DNA of 64,000 nt from Octopus sinensis (taxonomy: Eukaryota), in the NCBI RefSeq assembly GCF_006345805.1, contig NC_043003.1, positions 56,668,001 to 56,732,000 of the forward strand. The letters are read 5' to 3'. The translations under genes and the position numbers were made by a program. Within the stretch, counting starts at the first letter, position 1; each line of letters starts with the position of its first letter. The notes beneath the pieces are model-generated. The model saw nothing but the letters and a program-made list of their open reading frames with translations, was not told the origin of the DNA and did no database searches. Of the stretch, positions 14,039 through 26,930 are shown piece after piece.

Positions 14039-14237
14039 GTCAGTGTCAAGCGGTTGTGTATGAGGTATATCCACACACACACGCGCGCGCGGAGGTTTCT
14101 TTTAGTTTCCGTCTGACAAATACATTCTCAAGGTTTTGGTTGAGCCGAGGCTAAATCAAAAGATACTGGCCAAAAATGCCATGAAGGAGGATTGAACCTG
14201 AACCATGTGGTTGGAAAGCAAATTTCTTCCCATGCAG
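13690..14237 (-). mobile_element. SINE family A interrupted by the right-hand mini-element copy
   Basis: 3' part at 13690-13862 (GGGGCACCGCC, CTTTTGCTGAAC) and 5' part at 14037-14237 (TTTCCGTCTG, GAACCATGTGGTTGG) flank the insertion. Confidence 0.65.
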
Positions 14238-14242
14238 CAACA

Positions 14243-14282
<40 letters not shown>

Positions 14283-14880
14283 GTATATATATCAAGGCGG
14301 TGCCCCAGCATGGCCACAGTCTAATGACTGAAACAATAAAAGTTAACATATATACATATATATATATATATATAAATATATCTACATATATTTATATATA
14401 CATTTATATATATATATACATGTTGACCTACATATATTCATGTATAGATAATGCTTTTCGCGCCTCAGTGTTCGGTAACACAACCCACAGTACATATTGT
14501 ATACAATCAACATGTGATACAAAAGTGCATAACAGAGATCATCACACATCATACTATAAACTCTCTACAAAAGAACATAATTCACACGTTACATCAGAAC
14601 AACATCAGACGAAATACTATAATCACACCAGACACAGGACAACAAATCATATTATAAAGGTAAATCGTGTAGCATACAAATTCGATTCTATAGACTTAAA
14701 AGCTGATGGTAAAATCTCTCTCTAGGAAAACGGCAGTGGAATTGGTATTTCTACTAGAAACTCGTATAAAACTGTCGAAAACATCAGCATCAGTATCATC
14801 ATCGTCATCATCATGTAACATCATCATCATCTTATTTATTTATTATTATTATTATCATTATTATTATTATCACCATTATT

Positions 14881-15431
14881 GAAGGAGAGAGCAGAGTATG
14901 CCATCAAAGTGACACTGGGGTAAAATATACGAAGCACAGTATACCCGTCATAACTACCCGTCTAATAAGGGTACACCGGGCACATGCATCACAACCATAT
15001 GTGCGTGACACGGTGATTTCATATCAAGATAAACAGCTCATGGCTTTGCAGTTGGGAACCAGTTAGAATTTTCTTCAGGGCGAGTAGCCCATCTAGCTCA
15101 AAAGGTCCCTGTATAGGGGTTGTTTAATGATGACGCACAAAACATCTATGCATCTAAAAGTGAATTATACAAACCCCAGAGAATTTCTCTCAACACATGT
15201 CTATGATGCTACCCCACTACTTCTGCTCTTGATAAGAGATGCACATATAGTTAGCCACTAAGGAACATGGTCAACTGGTTATGGTCAAACAACTAACAAG
15301 CAAATCTGTGGTATTGTGCAGAATATTTGCCGTTTTTTTTATACCAAGACAAAACAATGTACATGATAGCACTTCCAATCAGTTAAGATCAGAAGACATG
15401 AGAGCCACTGCCTGGTACTGCATCAGGGCAT
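14881..15431 (-). mobile_element. ~555-bp (AAT)n-associated element, copy 1 (older, more diverged)
   Basis: Same sequence as copies 2 and 3 with many substitutions; strand inferred from the (AAT)n tail after ...CTCTCTCACTC in copies 2 and 3. Confidence 0.75.
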
Positions 15432-15569
15432 AAGTGGTTGGCGGGTTACTACTTGTAACGTTAGGTGTCCACTAGTATTTAAAAAGCTTAGAACCATCTT
15501 GATAATCTTTCCAGTCCATCAGAGGAAAACTTTCCCTAGAAGCTTATTATTATTATTATTATTATTATT

Positions 15570-16126
15570 GAGTGAGAGAGCAGTTCATGCCATCAAAGTG
15601 ACACTGGGGTAAAATATACGAAGCCCAATATACCCATCATGACTACCCGTCTGATAAAGGTACACCAGGCACATGCATCACAACCATATGTGCGCGACAT
15701 GGTGATCTCATATCAAGATAAACAGCACATGACCTTGCAGGTGGGGCCCAGTTTGAATTTTCTTCAGGTTGAGTAGCCCATCCCGCTCAAACCGTCCCCG
15801 AATAAGGGTTGTTTAAGGATGTTGAAAGAACCACCTATGTTTCCAGAGGTGAACTATTCAAACCCAAAGCATCCCTCTCAACACATGGCTATGATGCTCC
15901 CCCACTACTTCTGCTCGTGATCAGAGATGCACATATCGTCAGCCACTAAGGGACATGCTCAACTGGTTAAGGTCAAACAACTGACAAGCAAATCTGTGGT
16001 ATTGAGCAGAATATTTGCTGTAGCCCATCTTTTATACCAAGACAAAACAATGTACATGATAACACTTCCAATCAGTTAAGATCAGAAGCCATGAGAGCCA
16101 CTGCCTGGTACTGCATCAGGGCATTT
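15570..16126 (-). mobile_element. ~555-bp (AAT)n-associated element, copy 2
   Basis: GAGTGAGAGAGCAG...GCATCAGGGCATTT bounded on both sides by (ATT)n. Confidence 0.85.
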
Positions 16127-16127
16127 A

Positions 16128-16194
<67 letters not shown>

Positions 16195-16750
16195 GAGTGA
16201 GAGAGCAGTTCATGCTATCAAAGTGACACTGGGGTAAAATATACGAAGCCCAATTACCATCAACTACCCGTCTGATAAAGGTACACCAGACACATGCATC
16301 ACAACCATATGTGGCGCGACATGGTGATCTCATATCAAGATAAACAGCTCATGACCTTGCAGGTGGGGCCCAGTTAGAATTTTCTTCAGGTTGAGTAGCC
16401 CATCCCGCTCAAACGTTCCCTGAATAAGGGTTGTTTAAGGATGTTGAAAGAACCACCCATGTTTCCAGAGGTGAACTATTCAAACCCCAAAGAATCCCTC
16501 TCAACACATGGCTATGATGCTCCCCCACTACTTCTGCTCGTGATCAGAGATGCACATATCGTCAGCCACTAAGGGACATGCTCAACTGGTTAAGGTCAAA
16601 CAACTGACAAGCAAATCTGTGGTATTGAGCAGAATATTTGCTGTAGCCCATCTTTTATACCAAGACAAAAACAATGTACATGATAACACTTCCAATCAGT
16701 TAAGATTAGAAGCCATGAGAGCCACTGCCTGGTACTGCATCAGGGCATTT
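16195..16750 (-). mobile_element. ~555-bp (AAT)n-associated element, copy 3
   Basis: Near-identical to copy 2, same termini, bounded by (ATT)n. Confidence 0.85.
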
Positions 16751-16764
16751 ATTATTATTATTCA

Positions 16765-16828
<64 letters not shown>

Positions 16829-16990
16829 ATTATTATTATTATTATTATTATTGTTGTTGTTGTTGTTGTTGTTGTTGCTGCTGCTGTTGTTGTTGTTGTT
16901 GTTGTTGCTGCTGCTGTTGTTGTTGTTGTTGTTGCTGCTGCTTCTGTTGTTGTTTTTGTTGTTGTTGTTATTATTATTATTATTATTATT
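16751..16990. repeat. (ATT)n/(GTT)n/(GCT)n compound microsatellite
   Basis: Visible in sequence. Confidence 0.95.
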
Positions 16991-18640
16991 CGTCCACTGG
17001 GACTGCTATATTGATGAAGAGGCATGATGTTTGTCTGAAACCTTCAATATAATATCTCGCCTATTTGCATCTATCTTTCTGTCAGTTTCATGAGTGATGT
17101 TCCAAAGGAGTGAGGTGTGCATTAGAGTTTGTTTGTGTGCACTAGATTTTGTTTGTGTTCCCACCAGTTTTTATAATGAGGCGGGTCCAAGTCTTTGCAA
17201 CTTACCCACTGCCACTGCATCATGCATTTTGAGATATTCTCTAGGCGCAAGAAGATTGCACATGGGGACAACATGATCAATGGTTTCATTTTATTGTTTA
17301 CATACACAATACGTTGGGCTACTGCCTTTCTTTAAGATGTTGACCTGGTAGCTTCTTGTAGGTAGGTATTGATCTGTGGCTGCGATGATACACCCTTCTG
17401 ACTCTGACACTAAGCCAGAAGAGACTAACCATTGATGTGGGTAAGGGCTTTCCCAAGAACGGTACTATTAGGTATTTTGGGGTATTTGCCATCGAGAGCT
17501 TTCTTTTGCCATTTATCAATAAAAATATCTAAGACAGCTATTTCAACACGATATTTTCATACGCTGAGCCTTGTCTCTGCTTGTTTCCAGTTTGGGATTT
17601 GTTGTACTTGGAATTCACTGAGTTATGCCTTTCCCCATTTTATTATTGAGTATGATGTTTTCTAGTTTTCATAATTTAACATCCATTCATCACGGTTTTT
17701 CAGGTAAGTGTTTAGGCCAATTGCGGCAATCCTCATTAGTAATTCCAGCTTTAAAATCCACGGCCACCCTCTTTTCTTGCCTTCGGGTGGTGTATTTTTC
17801 TGTCAAGATTACACATCTCAGTAATTGACCAGCTAATAATATTGACATTGTAAGTTACGATAGGTATAGTTAAAGCATTCATCGCTTCGATCCTATGTCT
17901 TGCATTCAGCTCTGTCTTGAGTATTGCCCTTACCCTGCGATAACATTTTTTCTGATCTTTTCTCCTCACCATTGAATGTCTAGTTCCATCACCTTCAAAT
18001 ATTTCTAGTGTTTTTTTTTAGCTCTCCGCTGGTTCTAACTTCTTTATGTTATTCTGTTGCTCAAGATTGATGTTGGATGTTGCTGTCATTTTCCCTCTGA
18101 TAACGGTAGCGTTATCGAGGCCAAATTCAATCTTGATGTCACCACTGAACTGCTTAACAATTGTTACTAAGCACTGTAGTTCTTGGCCATCTTTTGCAAA
18201 TAGCTTCAATTCATCCATATAAAAGAGATATTTATATTTTTTATAATAGATTTTATAGCCATATTGTACATCATCGAGCAGTTGCGAAAGAGGCATTACT
18301 GCTAGACAACAGAGGAATGGGGATAGAATGTCACCCTAGAAAATGTCACATGAAATTCTTTGAGAGATTCATTGTCAATGTGATTTTCCATGATCTCGAA
18401 CTTACAAATAAGAAGTTTCGCAGACTATGTTTTATTTTATGTATTTCCAAATATTTCTTAATCCAGCTATGTAGTAGATTATCAAAAACGTTTTTATAGT
18501 CTATACAGGCTATCGACAAGTTTTTGTGTTGTTTGTGACAATCTTCCAACATCATCTTATTGATGAGTAGTTGATCTTTACAAACCATAGTATCCACGTT
18601 TACATCATTTTTCCTCATTAGGGAAGATGCCACGTTCTAT
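16991..18640 (-). mobile_element. Decayed R4/Dong-clade non-LTR retrotransposon (RT, CCHC finger, start of restriction-like endonuclease)
   Basis: Frameshifted peptides CKDQLLINK..IDYKNVFD, LFYMDELKLFAK..DIKIEFGLD (RT), LKTELNARHRIEAMN, IDHVVPMC..LAPREYLKMHD (zinc finger), TDRKIDANRRDII..NIAVP (RLE). Confidence 0.8.
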
Positions 18641-18870
18641 CAAAAACCTATAGGTGTATTCAGTCAAGACAGATGTTAGTATTTTATAAATTGTTGTTAA
18701 TCAGGTTATGGGTCTATAATATTTGGTCAATAAATTACTTCATTTTTCATAACTAGAAAAGTAACACCATTATTTAAAGTCATGGACTGCAGTTGACAAA
18801 AGATTCAGGACTATGGTGAAAGCAAAGAGTGGTGAGCTTGAATTGTAAGCATATTTATTGACAATGATTT

Positions 18871-19285
18871 ACATAGGAGTGGCTGTTTGGTAAGTAGCTT
18901 GCTAACCAACCACATGGTTCCGGGTTCAGTCCCACTGCGTGGTATCTTGGGCAAGTGTCTTCTGCTATAGCCCCGGGCCGACCAATGCCTTGTGAGTGGA
19001 TTTGGTAGACGGAAACTGAAAGAAGCCTGTCGTATATATGTATATATATATAAGTGTGTGTGAATATGTTTGTGTGTCTGTGTTTGTTTCCCTAGCATTG
19101 CTTGACAACCGATGCTGGTGTGTTTACGTCCCCGTCACTTAGCGGTTCAGCAAAAGAGACCGATAGAATACGTACTGGGCTTACAAAGAATAAGTCCCGG
19201 GGTCGATTTGCTCGACTAAAGGCGGTGCTCCAGCATGGCCGCAGTCAAATGACTGAAACAAGTAAAAAGAGTAAAAAGAGTAGAA
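18871..19285 (+). mobile_element. SINE family A, full length, well preserved
   Basis: AGGAGTGGCTGTTTGGTAAG (A-box like), GGTTCAGTCCCAC (B-box like), CORE-like TTGGGCAAGTG, internal (TA)/(TG)n, tail GGCGGTGCTCCAGCATGGCC...(GTAAAAAGA)n. Confidence 0.9.
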
Positions 19286-20184
19286 GAGTATATTGTAAAC
19301 ATATGTGGAACATTGCCTATAAACACAAACGTTCAACCAGTAAACTTAATTTTCATTTTATGATAAAATGAATAATGGATAAACATATGCCCAGCAATCG
19401 GTGATGCATATAAAACAACACACAAACATGCTCACACACTCTCTCTCACACATACATACACTAAAACAAACATATATATATATATGTAATTCCTGAAGAG
19501 TGATAGTCGAGACAAGATATATTTAGTCGGACTAACGATTATGGATTGTCTGTTTTATATATCAGAGTATACAGAAAGTCTCAAGTCTTTCAGCTTTTCC
19601 AAGAACACCTACTACCTCTTTTCACATACTTCTAACACTTTAAATGATAATGTTGACGACAACGGCGATATTAACATTGTCGATGGCGGCAGCAGTGACG
19701 ATGAAATATAATGTGGCATATATAGTACTGGGTGTGAGTCACGTATAAGATATATACAAACATTGGCAAGTGTGTTTGTTTAGATATGTGTTATGTATAT
19801 ATCTTTACTAGTATAGAATTTCATCGAAAATATTATTCCTTTCTTTTTAACCACTCGTATATTCCTCCCTCTGTCTCTATCTGCTGAGTTCTTCCTGAAA
19901 TTTTACAGTGGGTTATGAATTTATTCAACGTGCTTTTAATTACACATATCCCTCTCACTATCCCATTCTTCAAATCTCGAATGAGACGCCACCTAGATAT
20001 GAAGGCAGGGAATTGTCATTTTCTCCTTTCGGAGCTTGATAAAGAAACCACCTGTCCGAAAGGTAAGTTAGTGGAACTGTTAGAATATTCTGCAGATTCT
20101 TTATGGTACCTATGCTAGTCAAAATCCTTCTGAATTGCAAATCAGTCTGTTAATGAGAAATAACCTCATTTGTTTGGCTACTCT

Positions 20185-20610
20185 TTCTCTTCTACTCTTT
20201 TTCTTGTTTCAGTCATTTGACTGTAGCTATGCTGGAGCACCGCCTTTAGTGGAGCAAATCGACCCCAGGACTTATTTTTTGTAAGCCTAGTACTTATTAT
20301 ATCGGTATCTTTTGCCGAACTGCTATGTTACTGGGATATAAACACACCCGCATCGGTTGACAAGCGATGTTGCGGGGACAAACACAGACACACAAACACA
20401 TACACACACATACATATATATATACATATATATATATATACATATATACGATGGGCTTCCTTCACTTTCCGTCTACCAAATCCACTCACAAGGTTTTGGA
20501 CGACTCGAGGCTATAGGAGAAGACACTTGCCCAAGGTACCACGCAGTGGGACTGAACCCGGAACCATGTGGTTGGTAAGCAAGCTACTTACCACACAGCC
20601 ACTTCTGCGC
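20185..20610 (-). mobile_element. SINE family A, full length
   Basis: Reverse complement of the 18.9-kb copy along its whole length. Confidence 0.9.
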
Positions 20611-21909
20611 TAGTTAAATAAAGTGACATAGACTCAAGTGATTTCACATTGTTGTTATGAAGAGGCATTGTTAAGATGTGGGACACAAAGTGCTAAGCAA
20701 ATAAATCTAAAATGATGGTATTAGTGATATAACATAAACGACGGCGTCCTAACTACTAGAAAATTCTTAAGTGTGGTTCTAAATATTTTCTGGAGCTTAG
20801 TGAAGGGGCCACAATACGTATATGTTTACATACCTACATCTCATACTTCCTAAATTTAATAGAAGAAACGTGATTGGGTGTGCTGGTATAAGTAGTCAGC
20901 ATACTTTGACTTTAGCCCATTTTCGATTCCTCTGGTAACGCTGTGTTGGCTTATATTTTCAGATATTAATTTCACTGGTATTTTATAACGTTTTTTTGTT
21001 TGATCTAAATATATTATCACAATAGAAACGATTGTCGGTAATGTATGGTGTAATCATAAATTACAAATGTGTTTTTCTCCATTATTGTTGCCTTATAATT
21101 CGAATTTCTTTAACGTCTTCTAAGCGATATTTCGATCTATTTGTTTATCTGACGAATTACTTTAGATGTCGATGCTACATGAAATTTATTGGTGTCAGAT
21201 TCTTTGATATAGTTAACCAAATTCGTTTAAGACTGAGTGCTTTCTAGATATTTGCCTGGATATATAATAGATAAAAACAGTTAATAATTAATATATGTAT
21301 AGAAAAACTGGATGCCCATATTTCACATATAATCCGTTAGCCTTCAACACAAAGCTGGCACGTGCTCTCTCCTTGTCAACACAACACTCTCATTCAGTCG
21401 TTCATAAAAGGTACTGAATATCAAAACTTTTATCCTACACTGAGCGTTCTAAATTAATTAGAAGACAATGATAATATCACTAGAAAGAACGAACACATGA
21501 ACTCAATAATAACACCTCACCACATTTCATCATTTGCAATATACCTCTCAGTTCACTCGAAAAGACTATATTCAGGCCAATCGATCTGCCGTACTTTACT
21601 TATACATAATTTATGCAATCCCAATAAGATTAAAAGCAAATCGATCCCTCCGGGATTTTGATTGCAAAGATAAATGACAAAAACTAGATAGAGCATGACA
21701 TTTGTCTAGCGCTCTTTTCAAACTGTGATGCAGAAATTGGCATTGGCTTGAAGCCCAAATGTCTTGCAGACTAAGAAATCAAATTGCAATATATATATAT
21801 ATATTACTGGTACGTATTTCATCGATTCTCGAATGTTGAGAGTTTACGATGGAACTCACGGTATTTAATCAATGACTAGAAAGTGATGCGTAAATTGGTA
21901 CTACCAAAT

Positions 21910-21952
<43 letters not shown>

Positions 21953-23372
21953 ATGCACATCGTAAATCGTAAATACATCACACGGTGATCTACACGATGT
22001 GTTTAGCCATATTTTTCATTGAAATGTTAAAAGTCAAGCTTGAATATTTTTTTCTCTCACATTATTTATTGAAGGCTACAAACTTGTATTGTTGTGGTTA
22101 TCCTGGTCTCTGTTAACCATGCAGTTTTCGAAGTCATCATTGTTTTCTGACTCAGATAGTTTACCTGTTAGTTCCATTCAGTAAACCAGCAACGATGTAT
22201 AGAGAATTTTCTCTTGGCTGGAGATGTTAAACAGCAATCATAAACCGTATAAAAAAAACACTATGAGAAATTATATCGAACGTTAACGGTTCTTTCTCTA
22301 TTTTTGAACTTTCTTTCTCTATTTTTGAACCCATCTCAAAACCCGTGTCCCATATGATGTATATAGCATAAATTTCGGCATATGTGTAATATTTGACTTT
22401 AGATTCGTGCAGCTTATCGATAGACACTTATCACCATGCTTCAGAACTTAAAATCTTATGCAGTCTTTCAGTTATCTTTAATTTAACCTCAAAATTTGTT
22501 TGTTTCGTCATTACAATTAAATCTTAATTATTTCGATCTACAGCTCCGTATCTAAATCCGCTTCCAGTTCCAGCAGCCTAGCTGCCATTGTACATAACTT
22601 CTGCTTTGATTTCGTTACTGACTGAAGTAATTCCTCCTATTTTTGGCAATCACGTATCGTTTTCTCAGATGGAGGAGACTGAAAATGCCTTGCAGCATCT
22701 CTGTTGCCATTTTTCTGTGGAAGTCACATTGCGTGTGACTTATAAGTAATTGTACATGCATATCTTCTCTATGACTCAATTATGTCGGTGTAATGGGAGT
22801 GGTAATATGAAACTTGTAAACTTGAATGAATGTTCAACGAACAATAAATTCTTTACGGCTATCAATTAAGCAAGTATTGTACTGAAAGTTAAACCATTTT
22901 ATGAAGAAATTCTGTTTTTCGTGCATATACCATCGTTGCCATTTAGTTTTCTACTTGACTGATGCTATTTTATATGAAATAATATTAATATCTATTGTCC
23001 TTTAGAACACACAAATAACTCGGGAAAGTACTTTTCCAAGAGACCTTTACAGTTCATTTCATAGTGTACTGCTATTATGGAAACTCTACTCTGCTAGTAA
23101 CCAAAATATTGACTATATGGCTAAAAGAAAAGGTAAGTTTCTAGGATATTAATTTTGACAAAACGATCGCCTTCTATGATATCAAATACATTTTCGCTGG
23201 ATCCCAGAAGAAATTTAAGGTTTGCAGTTAACAAGAAACTCTAACTTGTACCAGGCAAAGTGGTTAATCTTCAACTCAGAAAATACACACATAAATATAT
23301 ATACATATATATATACATACATACATATATATGTATATATATATACACACACATACATAAATACATACATAC

Positions 23373-23406
<34 letters not shown>

Positions 23407-24741
23407 GTGTGCCTGTGCGCGTGTATCTGTGCGTCTATGTGTTTATTTGTGTGTGTCTGTGTCTGTGTATCTATATAAGTATGTTTAGATATGTATGTAT
23501 CTCGTCTATCTCACGTGGCTTCTTGAAATTCCATTGAAATCATCTTGACGTCATACACTCATCCGTTATTAAAGAAAGCAGGCTTGATTCAACATATACC
23601 GTTTGTGGATAAACCTATTCAATGATTATAGAAATACAAGTGAGCTCAAATTTCATCAACAACCAATATTGTAAACATATTTATTTTAAATTTTAATAGA
23701 AGGCCACTAAATAATGGAGCTGAGGAGAGTATACTTCACTGGAATGGCTGTAGCGTGTGCATACAATCACTTCCATGATCGCCTACAGATGTGTTATGTC
23801 GCAATACTTCACAGGGACTGTGTGAGCTATGAAAACCTCGTCGCCACTGTTTTGTCGCAATACTACACAGTGGCTGTAGTGCCTCCACTACTTAACTCGA
23901 CTCTGCTCTCTAGTCTTGACTCTCATCGCTACTACTCTGCTCTAGACGTCTAGGCTTCTCCCTCTATATTTACGTATTGAACTAGCCTACCTCGTCGTCT
24001 GGGGGCGTCCACACAACAAGATGGGAAACAAAACCTTCCCTCTAAGCAGAATTGTCAGAATTATTAAAACGCTTCTATGTTATAAACGTTAACATATTAT
24101 GACCTTTTATTAGTGCAGAATCGAGATAAAATACGAACCAATCTTGTAATGTAGCCGTTATTATCAACTGCTGTAGTTTATCACCGGCATCGACTGACCC
24201 CTTGATAGTAGGCTTTCTTCTGATATAAAATTATGGGAACTTACAGTCAAGACATCCAAATATATTAAGTAATCATTCGCGCGAGATTATTACTTCGGTC
24301 AAAAGAAGTTTTGTTTTAACTGGAGAGGTTTTACTTCAGACGTTGGTGTAAAGATTACTATCATATAAATACCAAAATGCAATCGATTTCACCCTGTTAA
24401 TGGTACTTCTGATTCTTACCTCACATTAGAGATTTTGGGAAATTTTTTAGAATTCCAGAATACTTTATATAAATTTGTTCTCAGCTTTTTTTCTTCCTTA
24501 CCTTCCTCTTCTTGATATTTCTATCTTTCTCCGTTGCTCTCACATATTTCTCCGTTCTCCAACACAATCCTCATTCTTACTTACATGCTCGGTAAATTAA
24601 AAACGCACCAAGTTTTCTTCAGTAGCCACTCACTCGTCACTCTCTCTCTCGCTCTCGCTCTCTACTCTCTATCTTCTTGCTTCTATATATCTCTGTCTCT
24701 ATATACAAATATGCATAGACGTGAACGAATGCGTGTTTTTA

Positions 24742-24780
<39 letters not shown>

Positions 24781-25210
24781 AATGTATGTACATACACACA
24801 TAAACTCGTACACACACATGCATACACACACACACATATATATATACGCATGAATGTATGTATATATGCAAAAAAGCATATATACGTATCTGTATTTCTG
24901 CGCTTGTGCGAGTGTACTTATGAGCGTAGGGGGCATGTGTGTTTTTTTGGTGTGTGCAAAGATTACAATATATTATTTCCCCACTTCGTTTCGCAGCACA
25001 CACTACGCATCTCCAATCTTTATTCAATTTTCAGTTAATTCTTTTAAATCACTCACTCATTCACTCAATCCCTCCTTTCCTCATCTCACTCGCCTTCACT
25101 CCATCCTCCCTTTCCTATTGGTTTCCCTTTCAATAATTGTCTCTATTTTTCTAAATGTCACTGAAAAATTATTTACAGTGGCCGCCACACCTACTCTCTG
25201 AAAACCATCG

Positions 25211-25301
<91 letters not shown>

Positions 25302-26812
25302 GTATTATGTATGTATGTATGTATGTATGTATATATGGGGGAGTGTGTTGCGGTCTGTATGTGTGCGAATGGGTGATGTATATTATATATGTATTATATA
25401 TATATATTATATATAATATATATAATTATATATACATATATTATATAATTATATATACATATATAATTACACCACACACACACATATATATATATACATA
25501 CATAATATATATATATATATATTATATATATAATATTATATTATATATATAATATATATTATATATATATATTATATATCATATACGTGCGTCAGTGTGT
25601 GTATTTCCGTGAGTATAAGCACTCACATGTTGTGTATGAATGTGTTAGTTCGAAAGTATATACGTATGCTCGCATCCTTGCGCGGATGCATTCACTTCAA
25701 AGTTACCGTTATCTGTTCCAAGATACGGCAAAGTGGACACAGGCTTTTGTGTTTAAGATGAAAGCTAGTATCATAGGATATCTCCAAAATTAATGAAGAT
25801 AAAGAAAAAAAAACGATGTACAAAGGAACCTTACCAAAACAAACTAGCATATAAAAGAGAGCATAGACAATCCAACACAACTAACAACAAACCTCTTCTA
25901 ATATATCCATAATAAACTATAATTTCTAACAAAAGGTTATAGTTTTAGAATATTATTATATTTGCCTTGAATTCCTTCTGTGTTTACACACCATTTGCTT
26001 CCTGAGATAATTTGTAGCAATTCAATTTTCGCTTTCATATCATTGTAACGATACAATATCGAATCATATACATAAATAAATAAATATAATGAAATTTGGG
26101 GTTTTATTTGGTTAGTGGCGGTGGAGGCTTCTTTTTGCCTGTTAATGATAATTATCGTTTATTTGTCTTTAATTTGTTTCGTTACGATGAAAAAAAAAAA
26201 AAGAAATATTGTCGCAAGAGAAAGAGATTTGATAATTTTTGAATATAAAGCTTTGAAATCGTAACTAAGCATTCGTGTGAAGAATGAGAGAGACGGATAG
26301 ACACAAAGAATGACATAGAAAGAAAGAAAGAAAGAAAGAAAGGAAGAAAGAAAGAGAGATGAGTAAATAAAGAAAGAATGAGAGAAATAAAAAAAGTTGG
26401 GATATATGTCAAACAAGAAAGCAAGAAAGAGAGGAAGAGAAGGAGAGGGAAGAGAAGAAACAAGGGAAATAGAATTAGTGTGTGTGTGTGTGTATTTATG
26501 TGTTTATGTCTGTGTGAAAGAGAGATAGAAAGAGAGAGCAATAAACAACAATATCCATACAGTGATAGGGAGAAATGAAGTTAGAGTAATCTACATACCT
26601 ATGAATTTGTACATATGTGTGTGCGAATGTGGTTGGTGCGTGTGCGTGTGGTAGGTGTATATATATATATTATTTAATGTAAACTGTATTAAAATAAGGG
26701 CTACTAATAGTTCCTTGCTATTAAGACACGCATATGACAGGTTTATAACGCCAATCTGCGGGTGCTGAGAGCACGGGGTTATAGTTAATTTGGTGTGTAT
26801 ATATATATATAT

Positions 26813-26853
<41 letters not shown>

Positions 26854-26876
26854 TAGATAGATAGATAGATAGATAG

Positions 26877-26930
<54 letters not shown>

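Noticed and set aside
15570-16126. HDV-like or hammerhead ribozyme in the 555-bp element
   Set aside because: No P1/P2/P3 pseudoknot found by eye at either end; its CUGAAGA and CUGACGA lack a GAAA partner. A computational search is still needed
14881-16750. CRISPR-like repeat-spacer appearance of the tandem repeats here and at 37.5-38.8 and 52 kb
   Set aside because: Units are hundreds of bp, eukaryotic context, no unique spacers or cas genes
19488-19533. CUGAAGA..GAGAC..GUC after a (TA)n tract
   Set aside because: GAAA is GAGA and helices II and III pair poorly
21145-21200. CUGACGA..GAAAU..GUC
   Set aside because: Helix I and II pairing too weak to distinguish from chance
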